64,000 bases of DNA from a virus (Duplodnaviria > Caudoviricetes), in the IMG/VR virus record IMGVR_UViG_3300028833_000057, positions 96,001 to 160,000 of that record. The stretch is one strand, 5' to 3'. This document shows, piece after piece, positions 8,846-19,230 of the stretch. The translations under genes were made by a program, and so were the position numbers. Each line of letters opens with the position of its first letter. Position 1 is the first letter of the stretch. A model generated the notes under the pieces. It did not search any database. It was not told the origin of the DNA and was given only the letters and a program-made list of their open reading frames with translations.

Positions 8846-10225
8846 TTAGTGTAGGTGAGTAAAGATCTTATTCCTACCTATAAATCCTGATGCATCATGC
8901 AGCGTATTAATATCTTTATTTTCCGCATATTGTGCATTATCCATCATTATGTGATTAAATATTTCAGTGCTACTAGCATTATTCTTGTATAAGTTATCAA
9001 TCTCGGTAGCCGTTTTATAGGCGCTCATAAATGCCGTAGCTAAAGCCTTAAGAACTGTAAGACGATTATCCTGTTCAGATTCATCTTTAGTCTTTCTTGT
9101 TTTAAAATGCTTTCTCTTGAAAGTTCTAGCCATTATATTTACATCGATGTTCTCTCTTAATGGCGTATGCACATTACATATTGTATTTTCAAGCATAACA
9201 CGCATATAACTTTCTAGAATTTGGTTCATATAGTCTTTCTTACAGATATCTATCCAATCAGTACTATTACCTATGATAGATTGTCTAAATTGTAAACCTT
9301 GGACAATACCCATACCATATCCGTAAGGATTTTCATAATATACTTCTAGAGGATGTCTAAGTGGATAATATCTACTTAGATAAGATTCTGGATCAAGCGT
9401 CTGTGAATTTATATTGTGTGCTTTAGATTCAATCTCGGCATTTATATTCATAAGAACAATATGCTCTCGATGATATAGTATCCATGCAAGTATATTACCA
9501 ATGGTCATATCTGATGCAACATCTACTGGAACTTGGGAACTATTCCAATAGGTATCATTTATATCTAATAAACCATAGCTACCATAATATGATCTATCTC
9601 TAGCATATCTTCTACTAAGGCAAATATACCCTGGACTTACTGCCGATGCACTTTTGGTTATAAGTTTACTACTATCACAAGAAACTCTATACAGATTCAA
9701 TATCTCAAAGATATCCTTATTAAAGAATTCATTATCACGAGAATATGGTGGCATAATAATCATCTTATTATCTTCTGTAATTTCCATGCCACGTCTTTGT
9801 ATAGAGGAATCAAAATATGATGATAGGTCTGTAGGTAACAACCTTTCTCTATCATTGTCATAACTAGACGGTATCCTATATACATCTTGAAACTCTATTA
9901 TAAGATTTTGTCTACCTTCCAACCATGCCTGAATATCAGGATTGCTAAGAATCTTATCAAATATTTCTACAGAAGTCGCTCTACGTTCATTAGCAATACT
10001 TTCAATATTATTATCACAAGTTGCCGTTATAAATCTAGACATAGCATTTCCAATGTCTATATTTTCTTGTACGTTCTGCAGTATCCTACTATTTTTTCTT
10101 TCATACACAAGGTTTATTCCTTCCATTAAAATACCCTTGACTATGAAATCAAATATATGCGAAGTAACATCTCCATAACGTGAATCACGATATGGATAAA
10201 GTTTTATATCTACTTTTATAGACAA
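8846..10225 (-). CDS. Hypothetical protein
   Basis: 459-aa ORF, GGAGG SD, TTG start. Confidence 0.8.
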   Translation of the reverse strand: MSIKVDIKLYPYRDSRYGDVTSHIFDFIVKGILMEGINLVYERKNSRILQNVQENIDIGNAMSRFITATCDNNIESIANERRATSVEIFDKILSNPDIQAWLEGRQNLIIEFQDVYRIPSSYDNDRERLLPTDLSSYFDSSIQRRGMEITEDNKMIIMPPYSRDNEFFNKDIFEILNLYRVSCDSSKLITKSASAVSPGYICLSRRYARDRSYYGSYGLLDINDTYWNSSQVPVDVASDMTIGNILAWILYHREHIVLMNINAEIESKAHNINSQTLDPESYLSRYYPLRHPLEVYYENPYGYGMGIVQGLQFRQSIIGNSTDWIDICKKDYMNQILESYMRVMLENTICNVHTPLRENIDVNIMARTFKRKHFKTRKTKDESEQDNRLTVLKALATAFMSAYKTATEIDNLYKNNASSTEIFNHIMMDNAQYAENKDINTLHDASGFIGRNKIFTHLH

Positions 10226-10570
10226 TTAGTCCTCCAATAATATCATATTGGTCAAAACAAATCCTTTATAATCCTTAAATATGTCATAAATAATTAAAAT
10301 ACCCTTTTCAGAAAAGGGGTTTACATCTAAGGTTCGTATAGCACTTGCTTTAGCTATATCTTTACAATCTGTTTCATAATATTCGTATACGATGTAAACT
10401 TTATAAAGATCTCTTTTAAGAGATACAAATTCTTTAGCTGGTGAAAGCATGACTTCTAAAAAGCCTTCTTCATCAGTAACTTCTGGTTGCAAAGATTCTT
10501 TCCTAAGGCGATTTATTAAGCGCATAAATGCTTTAGGATGTGATAAAAATATTGATGTTATATTGTTCAT
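10226..10570 (-). CDS. Hypothetical protein
   Basis: 114-aa ORF abutting the next gene. Confidence 0.65.
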   Translation of the reverse strand: MNNITSIFLSHPKAFMRLINRLRKESLQPEVTDEEGFLEVMLSPAKEFVSLKRDLYKVYIVYEYYETDCKDIAKASAIRTLDVNPFSEKGILIIYDIFKDYKGFVLTNMILLED

Positions 10571-10667
10571 ACTAAAATAAAATGAGCTAAGTAGATTTTA
10601 CTCTACTTAGCTCATTATAATTTATTGACCATAATAATGACGATCATCGTCATTATCATAACCATCG

Positions 10668-11780
10668 TCAGTCATAAGGGTACGTATCATCAAAAAGGGA
10701 GCTGCTACGAGAATAGTCAATCCCGTCTTGATCTTCTGGATAATCTGGGAAGGCACTACCTTTCTTTTTTGACTTGTCCTTATTTTTCTTTCCTGACTTC
10801 TTTCCTCTGGAACCAGATGGGGTCTTGGTAGTTCCCTTGCTGACACCGTCATAGGTAGCCGGTCGAAACGGACTTCCAGCTGTGCTACTAGTAGACGATA
10901 CTATCGTCGTACTTGCAGTACTGCTGGCCACCTCATCTGCCGCAGAGTTGGACTGGAATTCAAGAAGCATACGGATACACTGACGGATCTCAATATCGGA
11001 GAGGTTTTCATAGTTACCAGTCTTGGCAGCAATGTCAAACATAGCCATCAAGTAGTAGGTAGCTACCGAGATTTCTTCTTCATCGAGTTCAGCATCAGGA
11101 ATCAGATCCACACTGACCATGAAAGACTTATTGTCTTCAGCCTGGACAACAATCATAGTACCATCGAGGTTGTAATCGATGTCTACAATAATTGTCTTAT
11201 TGGCATTAATATCCCTGAGTCGTTCCACCATACCATCGACGGTAGTAATTTCTTCAGGAGGATATACAGTAAGTGTTTCAAGCTGTGCATCCAATTCATT
11301 GTAACGTTCAACATAGTCAAACGGGAGAACGCCATCAATATTGGCTTCAATTTCTTTTTCATCTTCAAGCTTGCTGAGATACTTGTATCCTGTGTCTTCA
11401 GCTTCACGTATGACGTAATGCTTACTTTCCTTTTCACAGACAGCATCAAACACCCACAGCAAAGCCGTGTGTGTTTCAGGAGACATTTCATCATCAATAC
11501 TCATGAAGAGATCAAAGATATCCTGGGCAGAGTTTTCCGGAGCATTAAGCTCGATCGGAAATTCATCATCATCCTCGGTAGGATTATCCCAGTCAATCCT
11601 GAAGTACTTCGTCGTATTCGCATGCTTGACTTTTACAGAAAGTTCAAGGTTCTGTGCATAATATGCAGACTTAGCATAGAGCTTGGTCGTAATATCTACG
11701 CCACCCTCATCTGCCTTGTGTTCTTCAATATAATCGAGACACTCCTTCATCCCGATCAAGCCTTTATCGTTCAGTGCCAT
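10668..11780 (-). CDS. Acidic hypothetical protein with Ser/Thr linker and Lys-rich/acidic tail
   Basis: 370 aa, higher GC and more C-ending codons than neighbours, follows primase. Confidence 0.8.
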   Translation of the reverse strand: MALNDKGLIGMKECLDYIEEHKADEGGVDITTKLYAKSAYYAQNLELSVKVKHANTTKYFRIDWDNPTEDDDEFPIELNAPENSAQDIFDLFMSIDDEMSPETHTALLWVFDAVCEKESKHYVIREAEDTGYKYLSKLEDEKEIEANIDGVLPFDYVERYNELDAQLETLTVYPPEEITTVDGMVERLRDINANKTIIVDIDYNLDGTMIVVQAEDNKSFMVSVDLIPDAELDEEEISVATYYLMAMFDIAAKTGNYENLSDIEIRQCIRMLLEFQSNSAADEVASSTASTTIVSSTSSTAGSPFRPATYDGVSKGTTKTPSGSRGKKSGKKNKDKSKKKGSAFPDYPEDQDGIDYSRSSSLFDDTYPYD

Positions 11781-11789
11781 TTTTGTCCT

Positions 11790-12845
11790 TTACTTTGTTA
11801 GGGTTATTGCATTTTTAACTTCTATAAAATTCTTACTAACTCCAAAGTCATGACCTTTAGAGTTTCGTAAATAATATACTTTGAATTTTAGATCTATAGG
11901 TAATCTATATTTCCACAATTGAGCTTTATATTCTTCAGGTGCGACGTCACCATCTGAAAATATAAGGATTTCTTGATCCAAGAAACCTAAGCTAACGAAG
12001 AATTTCAATACACTAATTATACCATGACCAAGCATAGCAGCAAATGTATGATCTCTTAACTGTGGGAATGCATAGTATATCCCTATTACATCGAAAATTC
12101 CTTCTGCAATTACTAATTTCAATTTAGACTGTAATATATCAAGCTTCTGATTAAATGTATAAATTCTGAAAGGACTCTTATGAAACATCAGGTCGTAATA
12201 TCGATGTTCCTTATCGTCTGACACAATATTTCTATTGATAAGACCTTCATAAGAATAATTCATGAATCCAATATAATCACTATTTAATATATTCATATAA
12301 TTCGTGTCTACTGGCAAATTCATTATTGAATTATATCTTACAAATTCTTTTAGATCAAAAACTACTTTAAACTTTTCTATTTCTTCTTTTGTAACCTTAG
12401 TATCAAACCTTTTACATAGATATTGATACTTTTGAATATTATTAATGACAGAAATTCTATTAAATGGCGGGATCAGTAGTTGATTACTACGTACTTTCTT
12501 ATCTAAGAAACTAGAAATCTGTCTTCTGCTAGATACATTCTTATGCTTAACATCTTCTTTTACAGCATTCTTATTTTGGCTAATAATTTCCTGAAGCTCT
12601 GGTGTTATGGCGACACCTAGAAGCTTCAGGAAACCTTCGTTTACAGCACCACTAAACTTACATCTGTGACATAAGTAATAGAATGGTGGTACACGAGAGA
12701 TATAAAGGTGTGCATGATTTGGATTATCACTATCCAAACATGATGGACACCTTATAACTCTGTCTTTATTACCATTTGCTAGTGTGGTAAAGCCATCGTA
12801 TGCTGAAAGAATTGCGTCTTCTAAGACTTTACCTGCATCTCTCAT
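11790..12845 (-). CDS. DNA primase (Zn-binding + TOPRIM)
   Basis: CPSC...H...CHRC zinc-binding domain; IAEGIFD and SDGD TOPRIM motifs. Confidence 0.85.
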   Translation of the reverse strand: MRDAGKVLEDAILSAYDGFTTLANGNKDRVIRCPSCLDSDNPNHAHLYISRVPPFYYLCHRCKFSGAVNEGFLKLLGVAITPELQEIISQNKNAVKEDVKHKNVSSRRQISSFLDKKVRSNQLLIPPFNRISVINNIQKYQYLCKRFDTKVTKEEIEKFKVVFDLKEFVRYNSIMNLPVDTNYMNILNSDYIGFMNYSYEGLINRNIVSDDKEHRYYDLMFHKSPFRIYTFNQKLDILQSKLKLVIAEGIFDVIGIYYAFPQLRDHTFAAMLGHGIISVLKFFVSLGFLDQEILIFSDGDVAPEEYKAQLWKYRLPIDLKFKVYYLRNSKGHDFGVSKNFIEVKNAITLTK

Positions 12846-14272
12846 TACGAAATAAATCCTATAAGTTTAATAAGTTCATCTGCTAGAGTCTCTGGATCCA
12901 ATACTATTTCAGTATCAGAATCTAGAGCCTTACGGCTACCTCTCAAACAGTTCTCAAGTAGCGTCAAGATAATGTTGCTACCATCAAATTTCGTAATGAT
13001 GTTGCTGAAGCGTTCGTTCTTAAGAATCTTATAACGTTCGCTTTCTTTAATAGCTGTAATGTACTTCTTTGTTAGCTTGAATTTTGCCATAGTGAGTTCT
13101 GTATCATATGGCTCAGACATAACAATCTTTGCAAGTTCAGTAAACCCAAACTTTATTAGTATCTTATGCAAATATAGCATAAGTATTGCAAATGTCTTCT
13201 GATTTACCATGTACAGTATTTCATGTTCTTCAATAAACTTACCATACACAATAAAGTACAGAATATTCTTCTCTTTACTGGGTTTAAGTAACGGAGTATA
13301 TTTTACTAATTCGTCATTAGTAATATCTAGATTCTTTCCAATACTATTCTTAACTCTACGTATCATATCTTCAATACCAAGCTGAATTAGTGGACCATAG
13401 ATTTCATTCTGGTTTAGCTTGGAAACTTCCATATCAAATACAGATGCTTCATCCGGTTCGATCGTAGAGTTTACAGTTTCATACTGCATAGGAATCTTAG
13501 CATGGAACAGATAATGTATCTGATGTTTGATAACTACGTGTAAGAAGTTTATACAGTTTTGCTCTAAAGATAGTTTTGGAATAATATCAATAAATACCTT
13601 TTTAAGTAGCGGTTGGACAGATTCCACAGAAGATGATCCAATATTCTTTAGATATCCCCATATAACGGAATCTGAATATTCAGTACCAAAGATTCTAGAT
13701 TCTATAAGCTTTCTGAGCTTATTCTCAATATTAATATGCCTATTTGGTACAAGTTTCTGAATATTCTGTACACAAGTTATGAATACATCCAAAAATACTG
13801 TATTGATATAATCATTATCCTTATTTACATCTTTTACATATTCTGTAATAAGCGGAATAATGCACCTATCAATTTTTGCAGCAGTAAGAATTACTAGACA
13901 ATGTGTTCTATCAAACTGTAGTTCTACATTATCAGTTCCTATGACTATATCGACATTGTAATTCTTGTCGCAATAGTCTAATGCCGCTGCGTAATACGGA
14001 GAGAATATCTCGTCTATAATCGTGCAGATATTGACATCGTCAATTTCGCCATTCTCTAGCTTCTGCCTATAAGAATATAGACCTTGGATAAATTTATCTC
14101 CGATTACTTCATAACACTGAAACCATTCATCAATATAAGAATCGCCATGTTTAGCATATATGCGTTTCTTATTTATCTTGAATTCATTATACTCTGGTTT
14201 ACATCCTTCTATAAAATCTGTAAGGTTAATGCTTACTGTGGATGGTGTTGCAGAGCATTTTAATTCAGGCAT
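12845..14272 (-). CDS. Probable sigma-like promoter-specificity subunit of non-virion RNAP (AR9 gp226/phiKZ gp68-like)
   Basis: 475 aa, helical-looking, own early motif (14302-14309), two genes from the chaperonin as for AR9 gp226/gp228; synteny inference only. Confidence 0.5.
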   Translation of the reverse strand: MPELKCSATPSTVSINLTDFIEGCKPEYNEFKINKKRIYAKHGDSYIDEWFQCYEVIGDKFIQGLYSYRQKLENGEIDDVNICTIIDEIFSPYYAAALDYCDKNYNVDIVIGTDNVELQFDRTHCLVILTAAKIDRCIIPLITEYVKDVNKDNDYINTVFLDVFITCVQNIQKLVPNRHINIENKLRKLIESRIFGTEYSDSVIWGYLKNIGSSSVESVQPLLKKVFIDIIPKLSLEQNCINFLHVVIKHQIHYLFHAKIPMQYETVNSTIEPDEASVFDMEVSKLNQNEIYGPLIQLGIEDMIRRVKNSIGKNLDITNDELVKYTPLLKPSKEKNILYFIVYGKFIEEHEILYMVNQKTFAILMLYLHKILIKFGFTELAKIVMSEPYDTELTMAKFKLTKKYITAIKESERYKILKNERFSNIITKFDGSNIILTLLENCLRGSRKALDSDTEIVLDPETLADELIKLIGFIS

Positions 14273-14315
14273 TATGCCTCCTTATTTGTTGGAGTCTTTA
14301 TTTAATATAAAAATA

Positions 14316-15122
14316 TTATCTTGTTGAAGCTTTTGGACCTATACTACGCTTAGGCAATTTCTTACTTTTAGATTGCTTTGCCATCTGTGGATGCTTAGCT
14401 TCAAAAGCTTTTTTAGCTTTTTCACTAATTTTTCTAACCCGTGTACCACCACCTTTCTTGCCATGCAGAGAGATTCCAGCATTAATATCCATGGCACGAC
14501 TTTCAATCTTTTTAGCTTTATACTCTTGCATCTTACGCTTAAAACTCATAAATTTCTTCTTAATAATTAGAAGACTAGGTTCACCCTTACTGAGTTTATT
14601 TAGCTTATCAATATACTGAAGCTTCATTTCAGTAATATATAGTGCGGGGAACATTATAGCTTTTTCAAAACCAAATGCAAAAGATGGGTTTCTTACTACT
14701 GGTTTCTCTAAGAAGAATATATCTTCAAATTTATCTTTAAATTGCGGTAAGAAATATCCTAATTTATTAGCCACATAGAGATATGTAAAAGCAAATGATG
14801 GATTATTACTGGCAAATCTGCATGTGTATTCGCCTATTGTCTTTTCCTTTCCATTAGAACCTTCCGGTGGAGTTAATTCTATAACGGTGTCATAATACAT
14901 ATCCGTTTTCTGCTTAAGATGTTCAGATCTAAACTTAAAGTATAAAACAAATACGCCATTCTTTGTCTTATAAACGGTAAGATCTATACCTCTATTCATG
15001 CCCATCACTGCTTCTGTACGCTTTCTTAAATCCATAAGAATTGCACCACGCATAGCAACTTGAGCACTACCCTTACCTACAGGGTTAGTTACTAATCTGT
15101 GAAAAGTAAGTTTTTCTGCCAT
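14316..15122 (-). CDS. Basic hypothetical protein
   Basis: 268-aa ORF with a Lys-rich C-terminus. Confidence 0.75.
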   Translation of the reverse strand: MAEKLTFHRLVTNPVGKGSAQVAMRGAILMDLRKRTEAVMGMNRGIDLTVYKTKNGVFVLYFKFRSEHLKQKTDMYYDTVIELTPPEGSNGKEKTIGEYTCRFASNNPSFAFTYLYVANKLGYFLPQFKDKFEDIFFLEKPVVRNPSFAFGFEKAIMFPALYITEMKLQYIDKLNKLSKGEPSLLIIKKKFMSFKRKMQEYKAKKIESRAMDINAGISLHGKKGGGTRVRKISEKAKKAFEAKHPQMAKQSKSKKLPKRSIGPKASTR

Positions 15123-15176
15123 AATTTACCTTAAGGGAATATATACCTATATCTAAGTAGATATAGGTATAATATA

Positions 15177-16838
15177 TTACAAGAATTGTTTCGGGAAATG
15201 TATGAACTGGTTAGAAGTACCAATCAAACCAATTACAGACATTGCACCCTTAATAATTTCTACATCAGTCTGTGCAGAATTTAGAACCGTAGTCTTAGAA
15301 ATATCTTCGATCTTACCAGTTCTTACATTGAGAATGGTGTCATTATCAAGCATTTCTTCAATGTATGCCTTATCCTTTTTAGAGACGGTTGCAAAGACAT
15401 TGATATATGCATCCTTAATCATCTCTACAAGTTCCTTAGTAGGACTGTAAAGCTCAGGATTATCCTTTGCAATGTATTTTGCAATCTTTTCTACGAACTC
15501 AGGTTCACCAAGTAAATATGCAATGAAAATATTACCTGCGGGTACAACCCCATGCAACAGAGCAGATCTTGCAGATAGAGCAGCATCTTCAACCAAGAAA
15601 CTCTTAGAAAGAATTTCAGCCTTAGAATTACCGCCTACTTTAATAACGGCAGTAGTTCCGCAAAGTCTGCCATAACGAACCTTCAAAGCACCAAGCTGAG
15701 AATCATAGTCAAACTTAGTTTCAGAATTACCAAGTTCAGCAATCTTGTTCTGAAGACTTGTCTTAAGTTCATTCATTTCAGGTGTATCTACCCCCTTACC
15801 ATCAAAGAATCTTGTAGTAGAATCCTTAATAACGGCTCTTGCAGCATATCCAAGATAGTCATCCATAATATGCTCATTTTCAAGAGCTTCAAGAGTTACA
15901 CCCTTAGACTTAAACTCTACGATCTTTGCATTTAGATAGACAGATGCATCATAGAAATGATTTCTACCAGCAGTACTACCAACACCATGCTCAACGCAAC
16001 AAATAGGAAGATTACCCTTCCATTTAACTACGTTTTCATGAATAAAGTTACTAAATGCTGGATCATAACCATTGGCGACTATTAGCAACGAACCATGTTT
16101 AACATTCATGACACGTTCCATAATAGAGCCAACTGGCTTAACGTCCATTTCACCAAGGCGTCCTTCATACATCAGGACATAAACTTTTTCAAGTTCACAG
16201 AATTTTTCATCATCCTTGGTACGGTTTACAAACATGGCATCTACATAGCCACGATACATTTCATAACCGTCTTTGAATTCAATTTCAGTTTGAGGACGAT
16301 CACCAAGTTCAACCTGAACAATACCAAACTTAGTAGTTCTCTTATAACAATCCTGAATCAACTTAGAAACTTCTTCATCATTATTTGTAGAGATTCTACA
16401 AACATTCAAAAGATCTTCAGAATCTTCAGTAATTTCCTTAGCAGATGCAGCGACTTCAGCCTGAATCATATCACTGATATGATTTAACATCTGTGACAAG
16501 TCACCTGCATAGATTTCAGGATGCTTTTCTTTATATTCTTTAAGCGTCTTAGCAATCTCATTAGAGACAATAACAGCAGATGTAGAACCATCGCCGACCA
16601 CTCTAACAATACGCATACTAATGCGCTTAACAAATTCAAGGATAACACGTTCAAGATCATCTTCGCTATACAAAGACTTTAGAACGGTATAACCATCTTT
16701 AGTACTTTTATGTTGAAGATTTCTATCTTCAATAATGGTAGTACTACCATGTGGACCAAATGTCTTTTCCAAAATACTTGAAATATCATTAATAATTTCA
16801 AATACGGGAAAGTCTTTGCTTACATTAAAGCTTGACAT
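15177..16838 (-). CDS. groEL: Phage GroEL-like chaperonin
   Basis: TFGPHG, TKDGYTV, VGDGSTSA, IKVGG, VEDA and GVVPAG equatorial/ATP-site motifs; no groES adjacent. Confidence 0.92.
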   Translation of the reverse strand: MSSFNVSKDFPVFEIINDISSILEKTFGPHGSTTIIEDRNLQHKSTKDGYTVLKSLYSEDDLERVILEFVKRISMRIVRVVGDGSTSAVIVSNEIAKTLKEYKEKHPEIYAGDLSQMLNHISDMIQAEVAASAKEITEDSEDLLNVCRISTNNDEEVSKLIQDCYKRTTKFGIVQVELGDRPQTEIEFKDGYEMYRGYVDAMFVNRTKDDEKFCELEKVYVLMYEGRLGEMDVKPVGSIMERVMNVKHGSLLIVANGYDPAFSNFIHENVVKWKGNLPICCVEHGVGSTAGRNHFYDASVYLNAKIVEFKSKGVTLEALENEHIMDDYLGYAARAVIKDSTTRFFDGKGVDTPEMNELKTSLQNKIAELGNSETKFDYDSQLGALKVRYGRLCGTTAVIKVGGNSKAEILSKSFLVEDAALSARSALLHGVVPAGNIFIAYLLGEPEFVEKIAKYIAKDNPELYSPTKELVEMIKDAYINVFATVSKKDKAYIEEMLDNDTILNVRTGKIEDISKTTVLNSAQTDVEIIKGAMSVIGLIGTSNQFIHFPKQFL

Positions 16839-16859
16839 TATTTTTCCTTGTTGGTGAGA

Positions 16860-17170
16860 TTATTCTTCATGAATTAGGGTTTCTGGTGGAGCTTCAGAAT
16901 TTATATCTCCGGGCATTGTCACATTTGGATCTCTTGATGCTACCGATTTAGCTGCCTTAGCTCTTTCTTCATTCATCTTATGCTTTGCTTCGAGTAAACC
17001 GAATAAGCGATTGACATCCATTGACAATATTTCTGTAAGGGTAATCTTACCTTCAAACGCATCAAGAATATTGAGGATGGCACGATTCTCTTCCTCAAAT
17101 ATTCTTTTGCGTTTTTCAGATAACCTTATTCGTTGTCCTTCTGAAACACCCGGCGTACTCTGAAAAAAAG
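16860..17170 (-). CDS. Predicted -1 frameshift extension of the upstream tail/baseplate assembly gene
   Basis: -1 frame open ~100 codons from the CUU UUU UUC site (17162-17170) to TAA at 16860, with no start codon near its 5' end. Confidence 0.7.
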
Positions 17171-18688
17171 TAAGTTTTCAAGATTAAGATTAATGGGGCC
17201 AATCTCATTACCACAGGCTTCGCCAGTAATCTTGCCATTTTCATCCTTCATCAAATTATTACATTTAAATTTAGGAATTTCAAAACTTACATCATATTCA
17301 GAATTAATACCTTCAAGAGCTTCATCAAGAGTAGTAACAGAAGTATCAGTCATAAGAGAAGATAAGAATCTTACAATAAGATTTGTATCTTCTACCTTAA
17401 CCATTGCCTTTGTACCATCCTTCTGGTTAGCAGCAATATCAGGAATAAGAATAGACTTAACATATAGCGATCTTTCAATCATGCTATCAAAGTCCTTAAA
17501 TTCCTTTTCCTTACCATTGAAGAATCTAATCATGTTAAGATAGTCTTCAAGGGATGGTTCTCTTATTGTAACAACAGATCGCTTTTCCATGATAGGAATA
17601 ATCTTTTCCTTATACATGGGAGCAAATGCTTTAATCTCATCATGAGTCTTTATATTGTAAAGCACATTGTTAATTTCATCATAAGACTTATTTTCAAATG
17701 TTGCAATAATAGACTCAGGATCTGTATTTACTTTTAGTGTCTCACCACACTTATTACAAGTAACTTCAAATGGCTGACTTGTAGGATAAGATGCTGCGTA
17801 GATACCATAAAGCAATGGTTCAACATCTGCAAGAGCTGTCATCTTAAGCCACTTATCAAAAGTAGGCTTACCACCTGTCATAGATTCAATCTTTTCATAA
17901 ATAATCTTATAAAGACGAATTCTATCAGAATATGGATCTTCAGCAACTGTATTCAAGCGGCTCTTATCAAGGTAGCAAAGACCAAGCATATTAGCCTTAT
18001 AACCACTATGAAGACATACAATAGAATAGTAAGTATTTACAGAAGCGATAACAGGACGAGATGCTGCTACAGCATAGTCATTATCGTTTGTCTTAATCTG
18101 GCAACCACTAAAGTTATTCTTCACCATTTCCATGAATTCATCTTCAGAGAAAACTTCAGCAGGATTACCCTTAGTCCTTGTAGCCTGAACTAGCAAGTTA
18201 TTCTGTTCAACACTTTCCTTATGACGTTCAGAGAAATATTGCTTACTCTTAATTTCATGGACATCATGTGTAAGATGAATATCCTTGGCATCTTCGGTGA
18301 GAATTGTATCAGTATGCTTTTCGCCAAATGTCTTATGAGGCATGCCCATTGTAGGATCATTTGGAATTTCTTCTTCCGCACTTACAGAATTTTCTGCTAC
18401 TTGTTCCTTTTTTTCTTCTTTAATTTCAGTAGCATCATTCTTATTCAGTGTAATATGTATTTCTTTTCCAGTCTTTTTAGATTCCTCAGCTACTTTTTCC
18501 TTAATAAAAGAAGGAATAGCCATTTCGGTAGGTACTGGCTGTTCTAGAAGCTGACTTTCATCTATTTCAGGCATAATAGGCATTTCTATCTGCCCAGATG
18601 GTTCTACTCTTACAGCTTCTACAGTTTCAGTTTCAGGCTTAGTCGTCTTTGTTTTAATTTTTAACCTTGTTCTTGGTGAATTAGCCAT
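17126..18688 (-). CDS. Baseplate hub/tail assembly chaperone-like protein (T4 gp26/gp51-like) with long charged N-terminus
   Basis: LYGIYAASY..FEVTCNKCG and FKC...CG motifs, IREPSL segment, LLFF end, next to a gp25-like gene. Confidence 0.6.
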   Translation of the reverse strand: MANSPRTRLKIKTKTTKPETETVEAVRVEPSGQIEMPIMPEIDESQLLEQPVPTEMAIPSFIKEKVAEESKKTGKEIHITLNKNDATEIKEEKKEQVAENSVSAEEEIPNDPTMGMPHKTFGEKHTDTILTEDAKDIHLTHDVHEIKSKQYFSERHKESVEQNNLLVQATRTKGNPAEVFSEDEFMEMVKNNFSGCQIKTNDNDYAVAASRPVIASVNTYYSIVCLHSGYKANMLGLCYLDKSRLNTVAEDPYSDRIRLYKIIYEKIESMTGGKPTFDKWLKMTALADVEPLLYGIYAASYPTSQPFEVTCNKCGETLKVNTDPESIIATFENKSYDEINNVLYNIKTHDEIKAFAPMYKEKIIPIMEKRSVVTIREPSLEDYLNMIRFFNGKEKEFKDFDSMIERSLYVKSILIPDIAANQKDGTKAMVKVEDTNLIVRFLSSLMTDTSVTTLDEALEGINSEYDVSFEIPKFKCNNLMKDENGKITGEACGNEIGPINLNLENLLFFRVRRVFQKDNE

Positions 18689-18736
18689 ATTTTTATCCTT
18701 CGTGGAGGTTCATTTTAAAGTTATCATGCTTAAACT

Positions 18737-19138
18737 TTACAAACTCATTACTCTGTCAAGCTTTAAGCCGTCTGATGTACTATTTCCTTTAAATATCATA
18801 GATACTGCAGAATTGTCATTTCCGACAGTAATTGTAAAGTATAATGTCTGTCTAAGCTCATTTTTATCAGTACCCTTTGATATATCAATATCTACGTATG
18901 TATCAGAAGGAAAAAACTGTTTTATATGTGATAGAATTTCTTCTTTAAGTGCAGAGATATTTCCATCACTGGCAAATTCTTGCATGCGTTCTTTAATATC
19001 AAAGAATACATAATCGTTATTAGGCAAACCTGTTTTTCTATTAAGAATCAAATTATTGATTCTAAGAGCTAATGCTCTTTCATCCATTAAAATAGTATTT
19101 TTACCTTTGGTATTAAATGCAAATGTACATTCAGTCAT
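18737..19138 (-). CDS. Putative baseplate wedge subunit (gp25/GPW-like)
   Basis: 133 aa; ALALRINNLILNRK..P pattern; position in the structural module. Confidence 0.5.
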   Translation of the reverse strand: MTECTFAFNTKGKNTILMDERALALRINNLILNRKTGLPNNDYVFFDIKERMQEFASDGNISALKEEILSHIKQFFPSDTYVDIDISKGTDKNELRQTLYFTITVGNDNSAVSMIFKGNSTSDGLKLDRVMSL

Positions 19139-19230
19139 ATTATACCTATAAATTTAAATTAAATTTATATATTTTTCATACTTATGTTAAATTTTATGAA
19201 TAATTATAATATTATATTTTATACATAATA

